A stretch of DNA of 64,000 nucleotides from Dimorphilus gyrociliatus (GCA_904063045.1 CAJFCJ010000055.1:69256-133255); one strand, 5' to 3'. Numbered from the stretch's first letter, positions 39,132 through 53,530 are shown. Program-made: numbers and translations. Notes: a model not told the origin generated them from the sequence alone.

Positions 39132-41091
39132 TTATAATGAAGAAACATAAAACAATGCAAATGATGTTAACTTCCATGTATCACTATAAAGATTGTGTAT
39201 AGTCTCAACTGTTACAATATCATCTTTTTCCAATTTTAATATTCCTCCTCTGCTCATACTTTCAAATGCTGTTCTAGCCTTCAATCTTTGCATACTTAAG
39301 ATTGCTCTGTTGTTCACTCTTATAAGTATTGAAGTTTGTATTCCTGGCCATGAACCAGCAGATACATCAACGTGATACAAACCTGGAACTGCAGCCTTAT
39401 ATGTATTATCTTGGGAATTCCATCCAGAATGTGTATCCAATACAACTCCATCAAAACCAATTTTTATTCTTGACTGTGTGACTAAATTTGTTGTTCTATA
39501 GGCATAAAATGCTGGTTTATCTCCTGATGTATTTAATTGAAATCCTGCTATATATGTATACAAAGAGGCTGATCTGGAGGTGCCTTTTACTAGTGTTAGA
39601 GATATCCTGTCATTTGCATTAAGCTCCATAACAATCCCTCTTGAGACTTGATTATCTTGAATACTTGTATGACCTTTTGCCACAGATCTTTCAAAAGATG
39701 TTGAAGCGCCATTTAATGTTAAGCTTACAATCCCATCTTTAAAACTTTCAAAACCTGTTCCAAAATGAATATAATACCATCCCTTTGCTGACACTGTTAA
39801 TTCTGTTCTGGCAGCATTTAAAAATGCACCCTTTATAGAAACAACCTTTGAAAGTGGTATTTGATTTCTCACTGTTGTAAAAGTTGTATCTCTTCCAGCA
39901 AAAAATGCAACATCAGATTCATACAGAAAACCAGACCAAGATGTTTCAGAGCCTAGTCTACTGCTGTAGGCTAATGATCGAAAATCTGAAGAAATGTATG
40001 GCTTGGAGAGTGGAGTTAAAGAATATACTCCAGATCTAGTAAAAGTGTCCTTGAAATAGCTTACTTGTTGATAAAGATTAGCTGTCACGCCTACATTTCT
40101 ATTTCTTAATAATAAAGTAGTTTCGCTATTTCTAGATGTAGTGGCAGTATTTGAAATATAATAGAAACCACTTTTCTTAATATTTAATTCATTTGTAGAT
40201 GCATTGAATAAATTTCCGTTATCATGATTTATTCTTGTCCACCTCACCTTTCCTATTGGAAGGCTTGCACCTCTGATTGATGAAACCATAAATGCTGGCT
40301 GTTTATTTAAATCACAAGGAGGATTTGTACATAATTCAACGTCTACTGAATTTCCTGGGCATTCATCTCCCCCATTGGATGGTGGAGGATTTGTGCAAGT
40401 TCTTGAACGAGTTCTTAAACCATCTCCACAATCTGGTTCACATCCACTCCATTCTGACCATTCAGACCATCCTCCTGGAAGTGGACATTGTGATTCTTCA
40501 GCAGTGACACATAGTCTTGTTGAACATTCGCGAACATTTAATGATGGACTGAAAAAGTAACCTTGGGGACATTGTTGAGGCCAAGCAACTCCATTGTAAC
40601 AATGATAATATTGCCTACAATCATTCTTATTAGGAAATGTTCCATTTAGGCCATCTTCACAGTCAGCATTTTTTGTATAACAAGATCTCTCAAAATTGTT
40701 TACTGTATCATCATCATCATCCTTAGAGCACTCAGGAGCATAATCTGATAAAATTTTTGTTGATGAATTTCCTCCTGGACAATCAGCCAAATGCGGCTCA
40801 ACACATAAAGAATATTTACAATTAGTTAAAGAAACTGTAAAGAAAAGTCCAGGTGGACATTGCTGAGGATGGGCTGTACCATTAATGCAATGATAATAAA
40901 TTCCACAATATTCAGGATCAGGATAAGCCCCATCAACTGGTTTCAATTCAGAATTGAGTGGACAAACAAAATTGGCATTGTTCCATTCCACCAATGATAT
41001 TACTGAAGTAAACATTATGTTGAATTTCAAGGAATATTTGAAAAGAAATAAAAAACTTACTTGTTAAAGTAATTAAATATGAAAAATGCAT
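39132..41091 (-). CDS. Secreted protein: 2x chitin-binding type 2 (CBM14), TSP1 and 3x C1q domains; exons 41091-41061 and 41002-39132
   Basis: Leader MHFSYLITLT|IISL via a 58-bp intron; two six-Cys peritrophin-A motifs (PDPEYCGIYYHC..QCPPGLFF; PNKNDCRQYYHC..QCPQGYFF); WSEWSEWSGC..RTRSRTCTNPPP; three AF..G.Y C1q-type repeats. Confidence 0.88.
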
Positions 41092-41945
41092 ATTTGTAGT
41101 TTGAATGAACACGAATGAATGGCTTTCCTTTATATAGGAATAAGAATATATTATTATATACTATATTATCTTTAATCTTGATAAGAAATTTATCGGTTTT
41201 ATCTCTCAAAGTTCAATTGTTTGTAAGCACAATTCTGATCTGAAATACTATAATATAGATACTATCTAAAATGTCATGGGTTGAAGAAATAAATTACAAT
41301 CATTAAAGACAGCTCTTGTTTAATCTGTTAAAAGAATGAAAGATTTTCCTGGCAGTAGAAGAAAAACTTCAGAGAGGTTAAACTCTTGGCCTAGATTAAT
41401 GATATTTCTAGAGTCAAGAAAATCTCAAATGTATTACTTTTTACACTGTGTTAGGGCTAAATTAAGTGTTAGCATACTGATATTACTCAAAGTAGTTTGT
41501 AAGAACCAGAAGTCAAAATGATAAAATTTGCAACCTTTACTTCGCAATCCTATCATTTATTTGTCTAAAAAAATAAAGCTTAAAATTGAATATTAAACTT
41601 AATCGGTTAAGAAATTCTGCGTCTTATCTGTTTTCAAGTGTTTGATCTTATCTTTATTGCTTAGATATAAGATCTTTCATGTTAAAGAAACGTCTTATAT
41701 TTTGTTACACTATAGTTCAAAGAAAGAAATGAATTAGCAAAAGTTGATAATTGCTAATGACTAAAGATTAATGATGTCTGCAAATCAAAATATCTAACAA
41801 AGCTTAAGTTCAGCTTGTATGGAAATGCATTTGAATTAGAAGAAAAATATTTTTTTTAATGCTGTGTATTAAGAAGAAAAATCATTCATTTATCAATCAA
41901 TTTTCCATATTTATCAAAGAAAGATATCAATGACGAGATAATCAT

Positions 41946-43544
41946 TTAATTCATTTCGCAATACTCTCCACTATATCCTAACTTGCAGTCACAAGTCGGT
42001 TTTGTAAAATCATCAACACTTCCTGAATTTTCCCAGATGTGTGAGCGTTCAACATTACAATATCCTATTTCAAGAAAATAATTTATAGACTATATAATCA
42101 AGTTTAAGTATAAAATAAAACTGAGATTACAAACCTTCATTTTGACAAGGATTGTTAGTTATACAAGGACTGAGAATTTCACAAAATTTTCCACCATATA
42201 ATTTGGGGCATCTACAAGAAGTTAAACCAAATGTCACAAAGCCTATTCCGCCATTGACGTGATTCATATGACGTTCCACTTCACATATTCCTTGCAAAAT
42301 AATAATTTAATTGTTTCATATTCAAATAACCAATTGATTTATTTACCTCCATTCTTACAAACATCTGTTTTATAGCATGGATTTTCAAGTTCACACTCAT
42401 TCCCTCCAAATTGAGCAAGGCATTCACATTTGCCAACAAATGTGCGTATTCCATTTGTGATAAATTCTTGAATGTTGCATTGTCCTTTTGTAAGACATAT
42501 ATAATGATTTAAAGAATTTTGAATTTGTTCAAAAGCTTACCTTTGCCATTACATGATTTTACATTACATGGATTTTCAATCTGGCAATGTTTCCCTAAAT
42601 GCGTCTTTGGGCAGATGCAATAATACATTCCTAATTCTCCATAACTTACACATGTACCTTATGTATAGTGTTAATGTTACTTATTAAAATTAGTGCAATA
42701 TTAAAAGACTTATACCATTATTGCTGCAAGGATTGTTTAAACATCCATTAGTAATTTCTTCTGAACATGTTAAGCCTTTAAATTTTCCAATACATTCACA
42801 AAACACTTCGCTCATTGATGTACTTTTATTTTTAACTTGATAACATTTACCTTTTGAAAAAGGTTATTCAAAGATTAAAAATTTAAAGATTCGGATATTT
42901 TAACTGCTCATACCATTGTTTGCACATGGATTGGAGTCGCATAGATTAGGTGTTGGCAAATCACAATGTTTACCTTCAAAACCTTTAGTACATTGACATG
43001 TATATTCTCCAAGAATCCAAGATTTTGTACATTTTCCTATCAGTTAAAAGTAGATCTTGAACTCGATAAATTTATTTATTATTGTCTTACCATTATTCTG
43101 GCAAATGTTTTCCAAACAAGGATGCTTATTTTGGCATCTGTCTCCAAAATAATCTTCCTTGCACATACAGTTCACTTGATAGGCAACAATTGAATTTGGT
43201 AGAAGCATTTGTGAGCTATGACATGTTCCTATAAAAAGAGGTAATACACATTATAGACAAGATTTAACAATTATACTTCTGAAAGCAAAACTACCTTCGT
43301 TTTCGCAGTAATTTTCAATTTTACATTTATCATCCATCATAAATTCGCAAAAAGAACCAGTAAAGCCATTGGAACATTCACAATAAAATGAAAATTCTGT
43401 TGACTTACAAATTCCACCATTTTTACATTGGTTCATCAAGCAAAAATCATTTACAGGCATTCCATTATTTCCAGGTCCAACTGGTAGAAAATGACATTTC
43501 ACAAATAATGCCACCATCAAAAAAAGTAAAAATGTTTTCTCCAT
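41946..43544 (-). CDS. Secreted EGF-repeat protein (fibropellin/Notch-like EGFs, no TM), multi-exon
   Basis: Signal peptide [17 protein letters not shown]; repeated C..NGG.C....C.C..GF.G..C exons joined by short GT-AG introns; last exon ends [10 protein letters not shown] at 41946. Confidence 0.8.
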
Positions 43545-44749
43545 TTTGAATTATTGAGTTCAAGTTAGCAAAGTTAACTATAACAGAATAAGTTTGTTAA
43601 TGAAGAATTATCTCAAAATCCTTCAGAATTTATACTTTTTTAGACTATAATGATTCACACATTGGGTAAACACACACCTATTGAACAAAGCAAGGGTGAT
43701 GTAAGATTTTCCAACATAAGCTTATATTTTGTGTTGACCAAGTCATTATCTTTGTTTATTCATACTAAAAGTTATTGTTAACAAAATGTTAAAATATTGC
43801 AAAAAAAATTATAACTGCTACGTTTTCATTTTTATGTTTGCTGTTAATCTTTATTCTAATTTATGTAAATAGGTCAAGTAATCAAAAGAAATTTTTCTAT
43901 TTTTAGAGTGAGTATATGTTTCATATTTATAATTTTCTCGAAATATTAACATGCACTAAACTCTGTTTTTATTACAAATTAACACTTGAAATTACAAATT
44001 ACAAATTGTGCTTTTTAGTTGAGTAAAAGTTTGATAGCTTTAGTTTTTCTCAAATATTACTATTCTTTTGAGTTTATTGTCATTAAAAATTAGTTACTTT
44101 TATTATACAAAAAATTTAGTATTTAAACATTTTCATGTAGAATTGAAAATTTAATTTTCCAATTGATTAACTGAGTATTTGTGTTTATATATTGTAATAC
44201 TACAAAAAGAAAAATCTTGCATAATACACTGGAGATAACAATGAGGATTTTTTATGTGTTATAGTCTGAAATTAATGAATATTTAATTAGCCCTAATCCT
44301 TAGGGGACATTTTCTCCAGCTCCTATATCTCTTAACAAAGAGTTTTGAAATCTATTTATCCAGAGAGTCATGTGAAAAGCGATGAGATTGTCATTTTTTG
44401 ACACTTTGAGCAGTAATCTTTATAGATATATCTTGTTAATGGGCTAGGCATTACTTAATAATTTTCTCTGTTTCGAATATTCAATAATAATGGAGGATTT
44501 GCTAAGATTGCAGACACTCAATGAAGAATTTTATAAAGAAATTTCTCGCTTAACTCAAAATGTAACATTCACAAGCCTTATGAAATTGTATCTTTTCTCT
44601 TCATCTCCTTGTGAGTTAGTCGTTTGTTGAATGGTATAAAACAATTGAATAAAGTACATTTATTGCTTGTTAAGCATTGAAGAATTGGTTAAAAAAATAT
44701 CATTTTTAGAGTAAAATTGAGCTGAATTTGTTGGCTAAAGAAAGTTGAT

Positions 44750-47250
44750 TAATTGCCGCTCGACAAAAGATTGCCTGAGAACACTTGGATAAGATTATTA
44801 CAAACTGAATGCGACAGAAAAAGGTTCACAAATCAATGTTTTTCTCCGACCCTAACCCAGCCCTTGCCAAAGGTAACCTTCAGAAGAGACCCTCCTAATT
44901 ACAAATCAGCTGCTGTCATGTTCTTCCCGACCATTTTCAATCCAAAATTTAGCCTCCAAATATGTCTACGATTCTCATTTTAACTTTTCTTTTGGACATA
45001 ATTGAAATGTTATCCAAACAAAATAACTAATCTGGCTTTATGGATTAGATATTCTATATCCCGGGCCCATCACTTTTGCCTCTTTCTTTTGCTTTTATCA
45101 AAGTTGCCATAACATTCACAATAAAAAGACTGTTGCCATGAAACCAGTTGTGTTGTTAAGTAACCTGTTGTCAAGTGCCTGAAATATGCTGAAATCACCT
45201 GTTTTTGGTCATTTTGTAACCTGTACTTAGCACAGGGTCAGGGTTATTCTAAAGTTTCTCATACAAGTTGTGACAAAACTCAAAATAAAAAATAGCTATT
45301 AGCTATGTACACATTTAGGCAGTTTGTAGGTACTAAACACATAAGCTTGTAACCAGGCTCACAAATTCACACAATACACCCAAATTGTTACATTTCATTC
45401 ATCAATGGAAAGCAATATTGAAAGAGTATTATAGAGTACTCTACAGGCCTAAAACTACAACATACACTATTTAAACTAAGTTGTAAAAGTATTTTACAAC
45501 TTAGATGTTAACCCTAATTATTATACACATCATATTTAATGAATATTAATTATATCTTCCACTATTCTATTTATATTTGGAGCTTTTAGATTATTGTCAC
45601 TTTTCAACAGTATTGTATGCACAATACTATATTGGATGATTAAGTTTAATACTTTTATCCTACCAGTCCTTTACACAGAAACATATTATCTTACACAAAC
45701 AATTATTATTAATAATTTGTTGTATATTAAAACGGCATCAAGTTGACCTTTTCCTATTTTTGTGTTTTGGAATCAATCCAACTTCTATTAATAATTGTTA
45801 CATCTTAGGCAACTTTCTGACCTACTAAAATAGGGAGCAAAAGTTCTCCAAGATAAAGAAAAAGTAACAAACATGGAAGTATATTTGAACTTTCCCTTTA
45901 TCCAAATTGTTACATTTGTTTGTGTCAATATTTTTATCTGTGAACTGTGAACTATTGGAAAAGTATATAAACCCTACGAATTTAACAGTAGTCAGTTCAG
46001 TTTTCTAACCATCAGCTGGTTGTTCAAACTTGCTTGTTTAGAACTAGAAACTCATTTACTCAAATACATATTCTTTGAATGAAATACTGGTGTTTGTTGG
46101 TTAATTTTTACTGGAATTACATTTATTAAGACTACTTGTGGACGAACTTGAAAGGTTCTATTTGGACCAGTACTTTGGCACATTGGTAAATGATTGGAGA
46201 GGACGAATTTGATAGTGACGAACTAGGACTTCCTACAATTACAATACAACAAAGTACAAGCTAATTTCTTAAGCAACTTGCTTCATATAAAAATAAAGAT
46301 TCACTTTTGCTCAGTGCAAAGCATATTGAATGTATTCCATCTAATTGTTGATACCTATACTAATAAGGATGTAATTTTTTTGTCCATATGGTAATTCATG
46401 AATTATAAAAAGTTAAAATTACAAAGCTGAGATTGTATGGAGAGGGAATCAATGTGTAAAAAGAGTAAGTTTAAAAGTTTGATTTGAAGATGAAAGATTA
46501 ATATTTTTCCTGTATTATTGTCAATTGTAAATAAACTATTCAGCATTTAATATAAAATTTTCTTAAAATTTTCCAATTTTTCAACAGTTCCAGATGACAG
46601 TTCATGTAGAAAAGCATTAATAAAAACTGGATAAGATGAACTATGGTCAAGTATTAAAAGAGAAATAGCATTATCAAGGGCACCTATGAAAATGATAATA
46701 ACATTGATAGAATATCATATTGAGATTATGATTTTGATGACGTAATTTTAGGAAAAGAATGCGAAGTTGTTTTAATGAGTAATATCTATAATCATTTAGT
46801 CAGCTTTTATACTTTGGGGAAAGGTCATGGTAAACATCCTCAAATATTTCGAGCTTATGTCTTCAGTTAAACAAATGACTGACAGAAAAGAGATTGCTAT
46901 TGATTTATACTTAGCAGACTCCCGATTAAGAATTACATGAAATGATTAGGTTGGGGTTAGGGTAAAATCACTTCTTTCCATTACAAAGCTACAAAGCTAT
47001 TATACAAAAATCTCAACTCAAATTAGAGTCATTAGGTGTTATAAAATTGATTATATTAACGAATCGTCAAGTTTTATTCAAAGTCAGTGACATAGACCTG
47101 AATCACAGATTTTGTATCATTCATCTAAAGATTCGCAGGATGATCATGATCGATAATTAAAGACATTATCAGTGTTTTTTAAAATCTACGTAGATCTAAG
47201 CCATGGAATAAGTCAAAAAAAATTAGCCATTAATTATAAATTATTGTTAT
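44750..47250 (-). pseudogene. Heavily decayed cadherin-like (and possibly CLECT-like) coding remnants downstream of the F5/8 gene
   Basis: Stop-riddled frames: IDHDHPANL*MNDTKSVIQVYVTDFE*N, SLFTIDNNTGKILI, VIPVKINQQTPVF. Confidence 0.35.
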
Positions 47251-47308
47251 ATAAGAAATGATGACAAACATAAATAAATCCATGATTTAAAAAGCCAAGC
47301 ACATTTCA

Positions 47309-49521
47309 CTATTGAAAAAATATTTCACAGAAGAACAATTGATTAATTTCATCAAAATTATCTATCAGAATTTTAACAGAAACCAAATTTGTTTCAACAT
47401 CTTCAATATCTTGACAAGAGAAATTGTGTACGAGATATTGACCTTTTGAAGAAGATTTTTCAGGCTGACAAATTCTATTCTCTACAATTTCATTAAATTT
47501 AATTTGATAAGTTATGTATATATTAATTTTGACATCAATTCCAATATCTCTTTTGAAAATTATAACTAAATTTGAATCTTTATCAAATAGCCTTTTCCCT
47601 TTTCCATTTGTCAATTTGTATTCAAAGTGTGTCATTCTCGCTTTGATAACTGTACAAGTAGGAATACTTTTATCTAGACCATTAATATCATATTGAACAT
47701 CACATTGTGGATAATTATTTAAATATATCTTTCGTCCTTCTACAAAAGTATGTTTTTGTTAAATAGTCTAAAAAAACTATCAATCAATAAAACAAAGTCT
47801 TACCTTTATCTAAAATTTGAACATAGTTCATGATAGAAGCTTTATCATTTTTAAATAATATCTCCCTCATGTCCAAAGGTATTGCTGAGTTTAAAATTGC
47901 TAATGTATCTTTATCATAGATCATACCAGAGCCTAATTTTATTTGATTATTAGTGAATATTATCCAAAATTCACTCCACGAATCACAACTCATCAATGGT
48001 GAACTTTCGCTAAAATTAATACTATTAAAAACTGGTTCAATAGTTTCAATTGATGATGATTTTTCACCATTTTCAATTATATCAAGCTTCAATGTAAATA
48101 TTTCGCTTGTACAATTCTTAAATGTCATAATGAATGACGAACAATCGTTAGATTGACCAGACTGGTGACCTTTAACCCTAAACTTTATAGACATAAAATT
48201 ACCGTGAAGATGTTGAGGTAGACTGTAAACAACATAAGTGTCGTATTGAATTGTATAAATATGTTGATTAAATTCTGAAAAAACCAAAACAGAATTAAAA
48301 TGATATTAAAGAGAAAATTTTTTACAGACGTTTTGTAAAAACTTTAAAATAATTGAGTCCAATAAGTTCATTTGAGGTAGTATTTGTTATAGTAACCTTA
48401 ACTGAGGATTCAATAGTTGGATAGTGTGTATAGTTGTAGTAATGATAGAAAACGTCTTGAGGCAAATCTGTTTGTATATCAACAAATCCAGAACTCCATT
48501 CCAATTTCATTGTCTTTATATAACGATTTTCATCATATCTAAAATGGTTTACAGTTTCTCTGGTATATTATTCTATTTTACAAGTACAACTATGGGCCTA
48601 CTATTTGTTGTTTTATACAGTATAGGGCATATACCTATTGGCGTAAGAGTATATGTATGGCTGAGCTGGATATACAAAATCTATTTCGATATAGGAGCCA
48701 ATGCAACTGGGTTGCGGGAAAATACCACATGCCGGAGCCCAGTATAAATTAGAGCTACTACTTAACGCTTTATGACATTCGTTTCCTATCTCCGAAACGA
48801 AACTTTCACAAGTGGCACCAAGATCAATATCGGCTATGTTAATCAAATCTTCTTCATCAATGTCGCTTGTGTCTATGAAATAAAATAAAAAATTCTTTGG
48901 AAACCTTTGGAAAAAAAATTACAAAAAACTCTTTACCATTGCTATAGGCGTAAACAAAAATGGTGTTAAAACCAGAGTTCTTACTAGCAGGAAGCGAATT
49001 GTAAGGCATAAAACTAATAGCAGTCGAATCAAATCCAACATTCTCTTCAAGTAAAATACAAGTTTTGCCCAGATTGATTTTGTAAATTTTTTGAATATTA
49101 GAAGTTTGAAATGTAATTAATACATCGTTAACAATTTGATCACTAGATGTAACTCTTTGAAGAATGCATATTTCATGCACATTGTATGATTTCTTAAAAC
49201 TTATAACTATTATTCTACCATTACAGAGAGAACCAGAGCAGGATGAAGCCCAATCATTATTTTCAAACCAAATAGGTGTTAAAGCATTTTCACATTCATA
49301 GTTAAATTCAGGTGTATTCAACAATTCAGAATTTACAATACATGAAGCTCCATTGATTTTTGAAGCAATATTTATAAGTTTCTCATCTTTTCATCAAATT
49401 ATGATTAAATTAGCATATTCAATAGAAATGTGTGCAATTTTAATTTTATTTATTTACCTCTTTCCAATGAAGGATGAACATTGAAGATGAAAATTCCAAT
49501 AAATATAGAAATTATTTTCAT
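47309..49521 (-). CDS. Secreted multidomain protein: F5/8-like domains, FAMeT (Methyltransf_FA)-like domain and F-type lectin-like domain
   Basis: Exon 1 49521-49458 MKIISIFIGIFIFNVHPSLER splices in phase to DEKLINIASKINGASC; discoidin-like exons at 48322-49324; LMSCDSWSEFWIIFTNNQIKLGSG is FAMeT-like; QLFFCEI is an FTP-like end. Confidence 0.6.
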
Positions 49522-50125
49522 GTCTATAAAGTAATAACAAATTGAAAACTGTGAGAGGAAAATGCAAGAAATTTCTCTTAAAAAGTCTTTCCAAAATGTA
49601 TCAATACATCATTTCATAAATAAGTAATTCATAAAAAATTAATTTCAATGTATTGATTATGATATAAATATTCCAACTTGTATACTATTCAGTTAGTTAG
49701 TTAGTTCTTTCTAACTTGAAATGAACAATTCTTTGTTCTCAATGAATTACTTTTTCTTCTTAGCAAATTGATCTTTTTGTTTCTTTATTTCTTGTCATAT
49801 AGCTATTTGCATACAAGTCTTCTATTAATTTTCTTTCTTCCATTGTTAAAAGACATTCGACATCTTATGGTTTTTTAAGCGACGATCAACAAACATATAA
49901 TTATTCCTCAGATCAATAAATGGAAAATTTTTAATATATTTCTACAAAACATGTATTTTTTGTCAAGAAATAAATATTTTGTTTTCATTGCTATGGTGGA
50001 GCAACTCATTCCAATTTCAATCATTATATAAGTATTTACAAAGATAGACAATGAATAGAGAAGGTTATTTATTTTCAATAAATCATTAGAATTATTAATT
50101 AATATGAGTGGTATGGGCTTTTTTT

Positions 50126-50534
50126 TGTTTATCTGTATGTGACGTTTGTCCTATTTGACTTAATTACAAGACACTAACCAATTGAACCTTTATAAGATTT
50201 TGTTTTTCGCTTATAGCACGAAATTCCTAAGGATTTCGTATAAATTTTATTTGATATTCTTTTGGTCTCTCACACCGTTCTATTACATTCACTCCCTTTT
50301 ATACTTTGTTAGTGTCACTTAATTGGGTGTTTGACTGTGCTCATCTGTATTGCCACATTCATGCCACGTTCATGCCACGTCGTTATCAACGATGTGACAT
50401 AACATCAAGTTGGACTGTCCCAACTCTGGGCTAAGTCAAACTCCCTTCTTAAGTGACGCTCAGACACTGACGCTCACACACTAACACACATTCACTCATA
50501 TCATGTAATGTGAACGGAATGTTAGTATATAACA
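50126..50534 (-). repeat. Putative 3' LTR of the BEL/Pao element
   Basis: Starts TGTT after a purine-rich tract at the ORF end; contains TATAAAA and AAATAAAA; ends ...AACA at 50126 or 50201 (uncertain). Confidence 0.55.
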
Positions 50535-53530
50535 TTCTGTTTACTCTCCCACGAACAGTAGTTCTCCAGCAGCCCTGATAAGTGGGCCCCTTGCTGTATT
50601 CAACTTGCACTTTCTCGTGGCTCCATCATGACTAGGTATGATTTCTGTTAGTACTCCAGTCACCCATCTATGCCTAGCTTTTTGTTTGTCAGTGACTAGG
50701 ACCTTGTCTCTGACTTGCAGCTTTCTTCCTCCCTTCGTTCTCTGCTGTTGTCTGACCAGCTCTTGCAGGTAGATCCTTTTCCATTGTCGCTGTATCTCGT
50801 TCCAACACTTCTGACTCCATTTGCTTTCATTCCAACATAGCTCCCGTTGTCTCTTCTTTAGTAAATTGGGTGTTACCAATATCTGGTCAGGGTCATCTGC
50901 TGTAATGGCTTATCGTTTATTACCTTCTCTACTAGCGACCACAGTGTCTGCCATTTCTGGTGAGACCAGCAATTGTGTAGATATGGTTTGGCCAAATATT
51001 TAGCTGCCTTAACTACTACCTCCCACACGCCAATAGGTCTCCCTTAAGATTACTCTCATTCTAGCCAGGGGAGCGTGGCAGTTTTCCTCATGAATCCTTT
51101 TCACCATCAATTTTCCAATCGTCGACTTTCCATCCAAGATCCTAGGGTTCTCAAGGTAGCTCTCCTTCTTCCCCAGTCATCGGAGTTGGATTCTCATTCC
51201 GTCCTGTCCCCTTGTTATCACATATTTTGCCAGTCTTTTTGGGTTTATCTCCATTTGAGCTTCGCATATGGCTTTCTCTACTTCCAGGTTGACGTCATTT
51301 ACATTGGTCAGCTCCTTCCCCGCTCTCTGGGATAAGAACTTTGCAAAGTCCTGCTCATTATCAGCTGGTTTTTTCAGCAATAGTACCTTGCATGGCTGTC
51401 CTTGTTGTGTCATTGTTATTTCTCTCTTTGAACATTTGTCATACTTTTCCTGGTTGAATTTTACTGGTATTTTAGTTAACCAATCTGCTGGGTTATTTTC
51501 GCTCTTTGCATGGTGCCACTGATCTGGGTCTGTGTACTGCCGTATCTCCAGTACCCTCGTTCGTGCATACTTTTCCATTGGGATTTCGTCATTCTTGATG
51601 TACCTCAGTACCACTTCCGAGTCTGTCATAAATAGGGCAGGCCTTCTCGCCACCCCTGTTCTCACCTCCAGTGCCAATCTCACCCCTTGTAATGCTGCAG
51701 CCAGCTCACGCCTTGGCATTGTTTTCATGGCTGGTCTAGCCATCAAGGCCTTTGACCTCAGTATCATTTCGGTTCCATTAGCATATGAGTAGATTGCCAC
51801 TCCCAACATTGTATCTGAGGCGTCTGTGTAGATGTGGTACCCTTTGGAGCTCCCGGCATAGTGAGCTATATTTAATTGTCCAGGCAACCTGGCTACTATT
51901 GTGTTCCAGTCTCTTCTCTTCTCTTCTGATATTTCCTCTTTCCAATGGCTCATGCCTTTGCTGAGTTGTGAAAATGTGAGCCTTAATTTGCTAGTCACAA
52001 TGTTTATTAGTCCAAGGGGATCATAAATGCTTGCCACTGCCCCTAACATGTCTCTCCAAGTAGCCTTGAGCTCTAACATCTTCTTTTGTATTATCCAATA
52101 CAGTTTATCCTCCTTTCCTTCATATTTAATGCCCAATACCTTTTCTGGGTAATCATAAATTCTCCTTTCAGGTGGGATGATCTTTCTAATTTCTATCAAG
52201 TTCATTGCCAGCTCGGTAAGTGTGAAGTAGCTATCGAGAGCCTTCAACACCTTCTCTAACACTTCCCCTAGGTAATCTTCGTCATTGGATGCCAATATAA
52301 GGTCATCCACATAAAAGCTTCTTGTTATCTCTTCCCTCTCCTCTCTTGACAAGTGAGAGGCCTTCAACACCTTTCTCAGGGTTGCTGATACTACATAAGG
52401 ACTATCTTTTGCCCCAAACACATGTCTTGTCATGAGATACTCTACTATATTGCCTCTTGACTTTGGCTTTCCAGGGGGCCAGTAAAGTAGACCAAAGTAC
52501 TGTTGATCCACTTCTTTAAGGTTTACTTGGTGGAACATCGCTTTTATGTCTCCTATTAGATAGTGCTTCCCACTCCTCCAATTTGTCAATGTAGAAGGTA
52601 TGTCTCCCACTAACCTCCCGCCTGTTGATATTGTATCATTAACACTCCTCCCATAGTATTTTGCTGCGCAATCATATACTATTCGCAATCCTTTCTTATT
52701 CGGATTCGCTATGCCATGATGTGGTATGAACCATTTTATTATGTCCTTTTCTCCCTTTCTTCTTGCGTAACCCTTGTTTATGTAGTCCATGATGCCTTCA
52801 TCATATTGTTCCTCATACTGTTTATCTCTTGTGAACCTTTTTTGTAGGCCCTCCAACCTTTTGTATGCCATGTATCTGTTACACCGCAGCTCCTTCTCAT
52901 CACCATTGAACAGAATGGGGGCGTATACCTTTCCATCCTTGAAGGATATGTTCTTATCCAATTTTTCTACCCATTCTTCATCTCTTAGAGTTAGCTTTTG
53001 TTCCTTTGAGCTATCCCCCTTTAATATCAAAGATACTTTCGCCTGCCTCCCTTTTTCTAATTTCTGTCCTGTTATTGACCATCCTAGTTTTGAAAGCATG
53101 GCAATTGGCTCATTCACATCTCCTTCCAATATTGTCCTGGGTGCAATCAAGTCTGCAGAGTTGCATCCTAACAGCAGGTCTACTTGTCTGCGTTCCAGTT
53201 GTGGGATGGGGATGTCCTTTAAATATGGCCATCTCTTTCGTTCTTCTGTAGTTATAGCATTTTGGCTTATTACAGCGATCTCCGGGTATTCTAAAGCTTC
53301 CAGGCATCTTCCCTTGATTTCAAACTCATACCTCATAGCCTTGTGTTTCTCTACTCTCCACATCATTGCGAGTTCGATTTCCACTATCTCTATAGGCCTC
53401 ACATTTATTCTTTTTGCCGCTTTCTCCGTGATGATTGACATGTCTGCTCCAGTATCCTGTATTATTACTAGGTTGCCCTTTTTAGCAGTTTTAATGGAGA
53501 ATATTGAGAACCCCATGAGGAAGATTCATA
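50126..53530 (-). mobile_element. Truncated BEL/Pao LTR retrotransposon: PR-RT-RNaseH, deleted integrase core, integrase C-terminus and 3' LTR
   Basis: ORF 51177..53516 has DTGAD protease, YDCAAK, DIKAMFHQV, FYVDDL, YTDASD, TMPRRELAAA and SENNPAD. After a stop, H..H zinc-finger start, then VEKVINDKPL and DUF5641-like ORF 50541..50879. No gag or 5' LTR. Confidence 0.92.
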
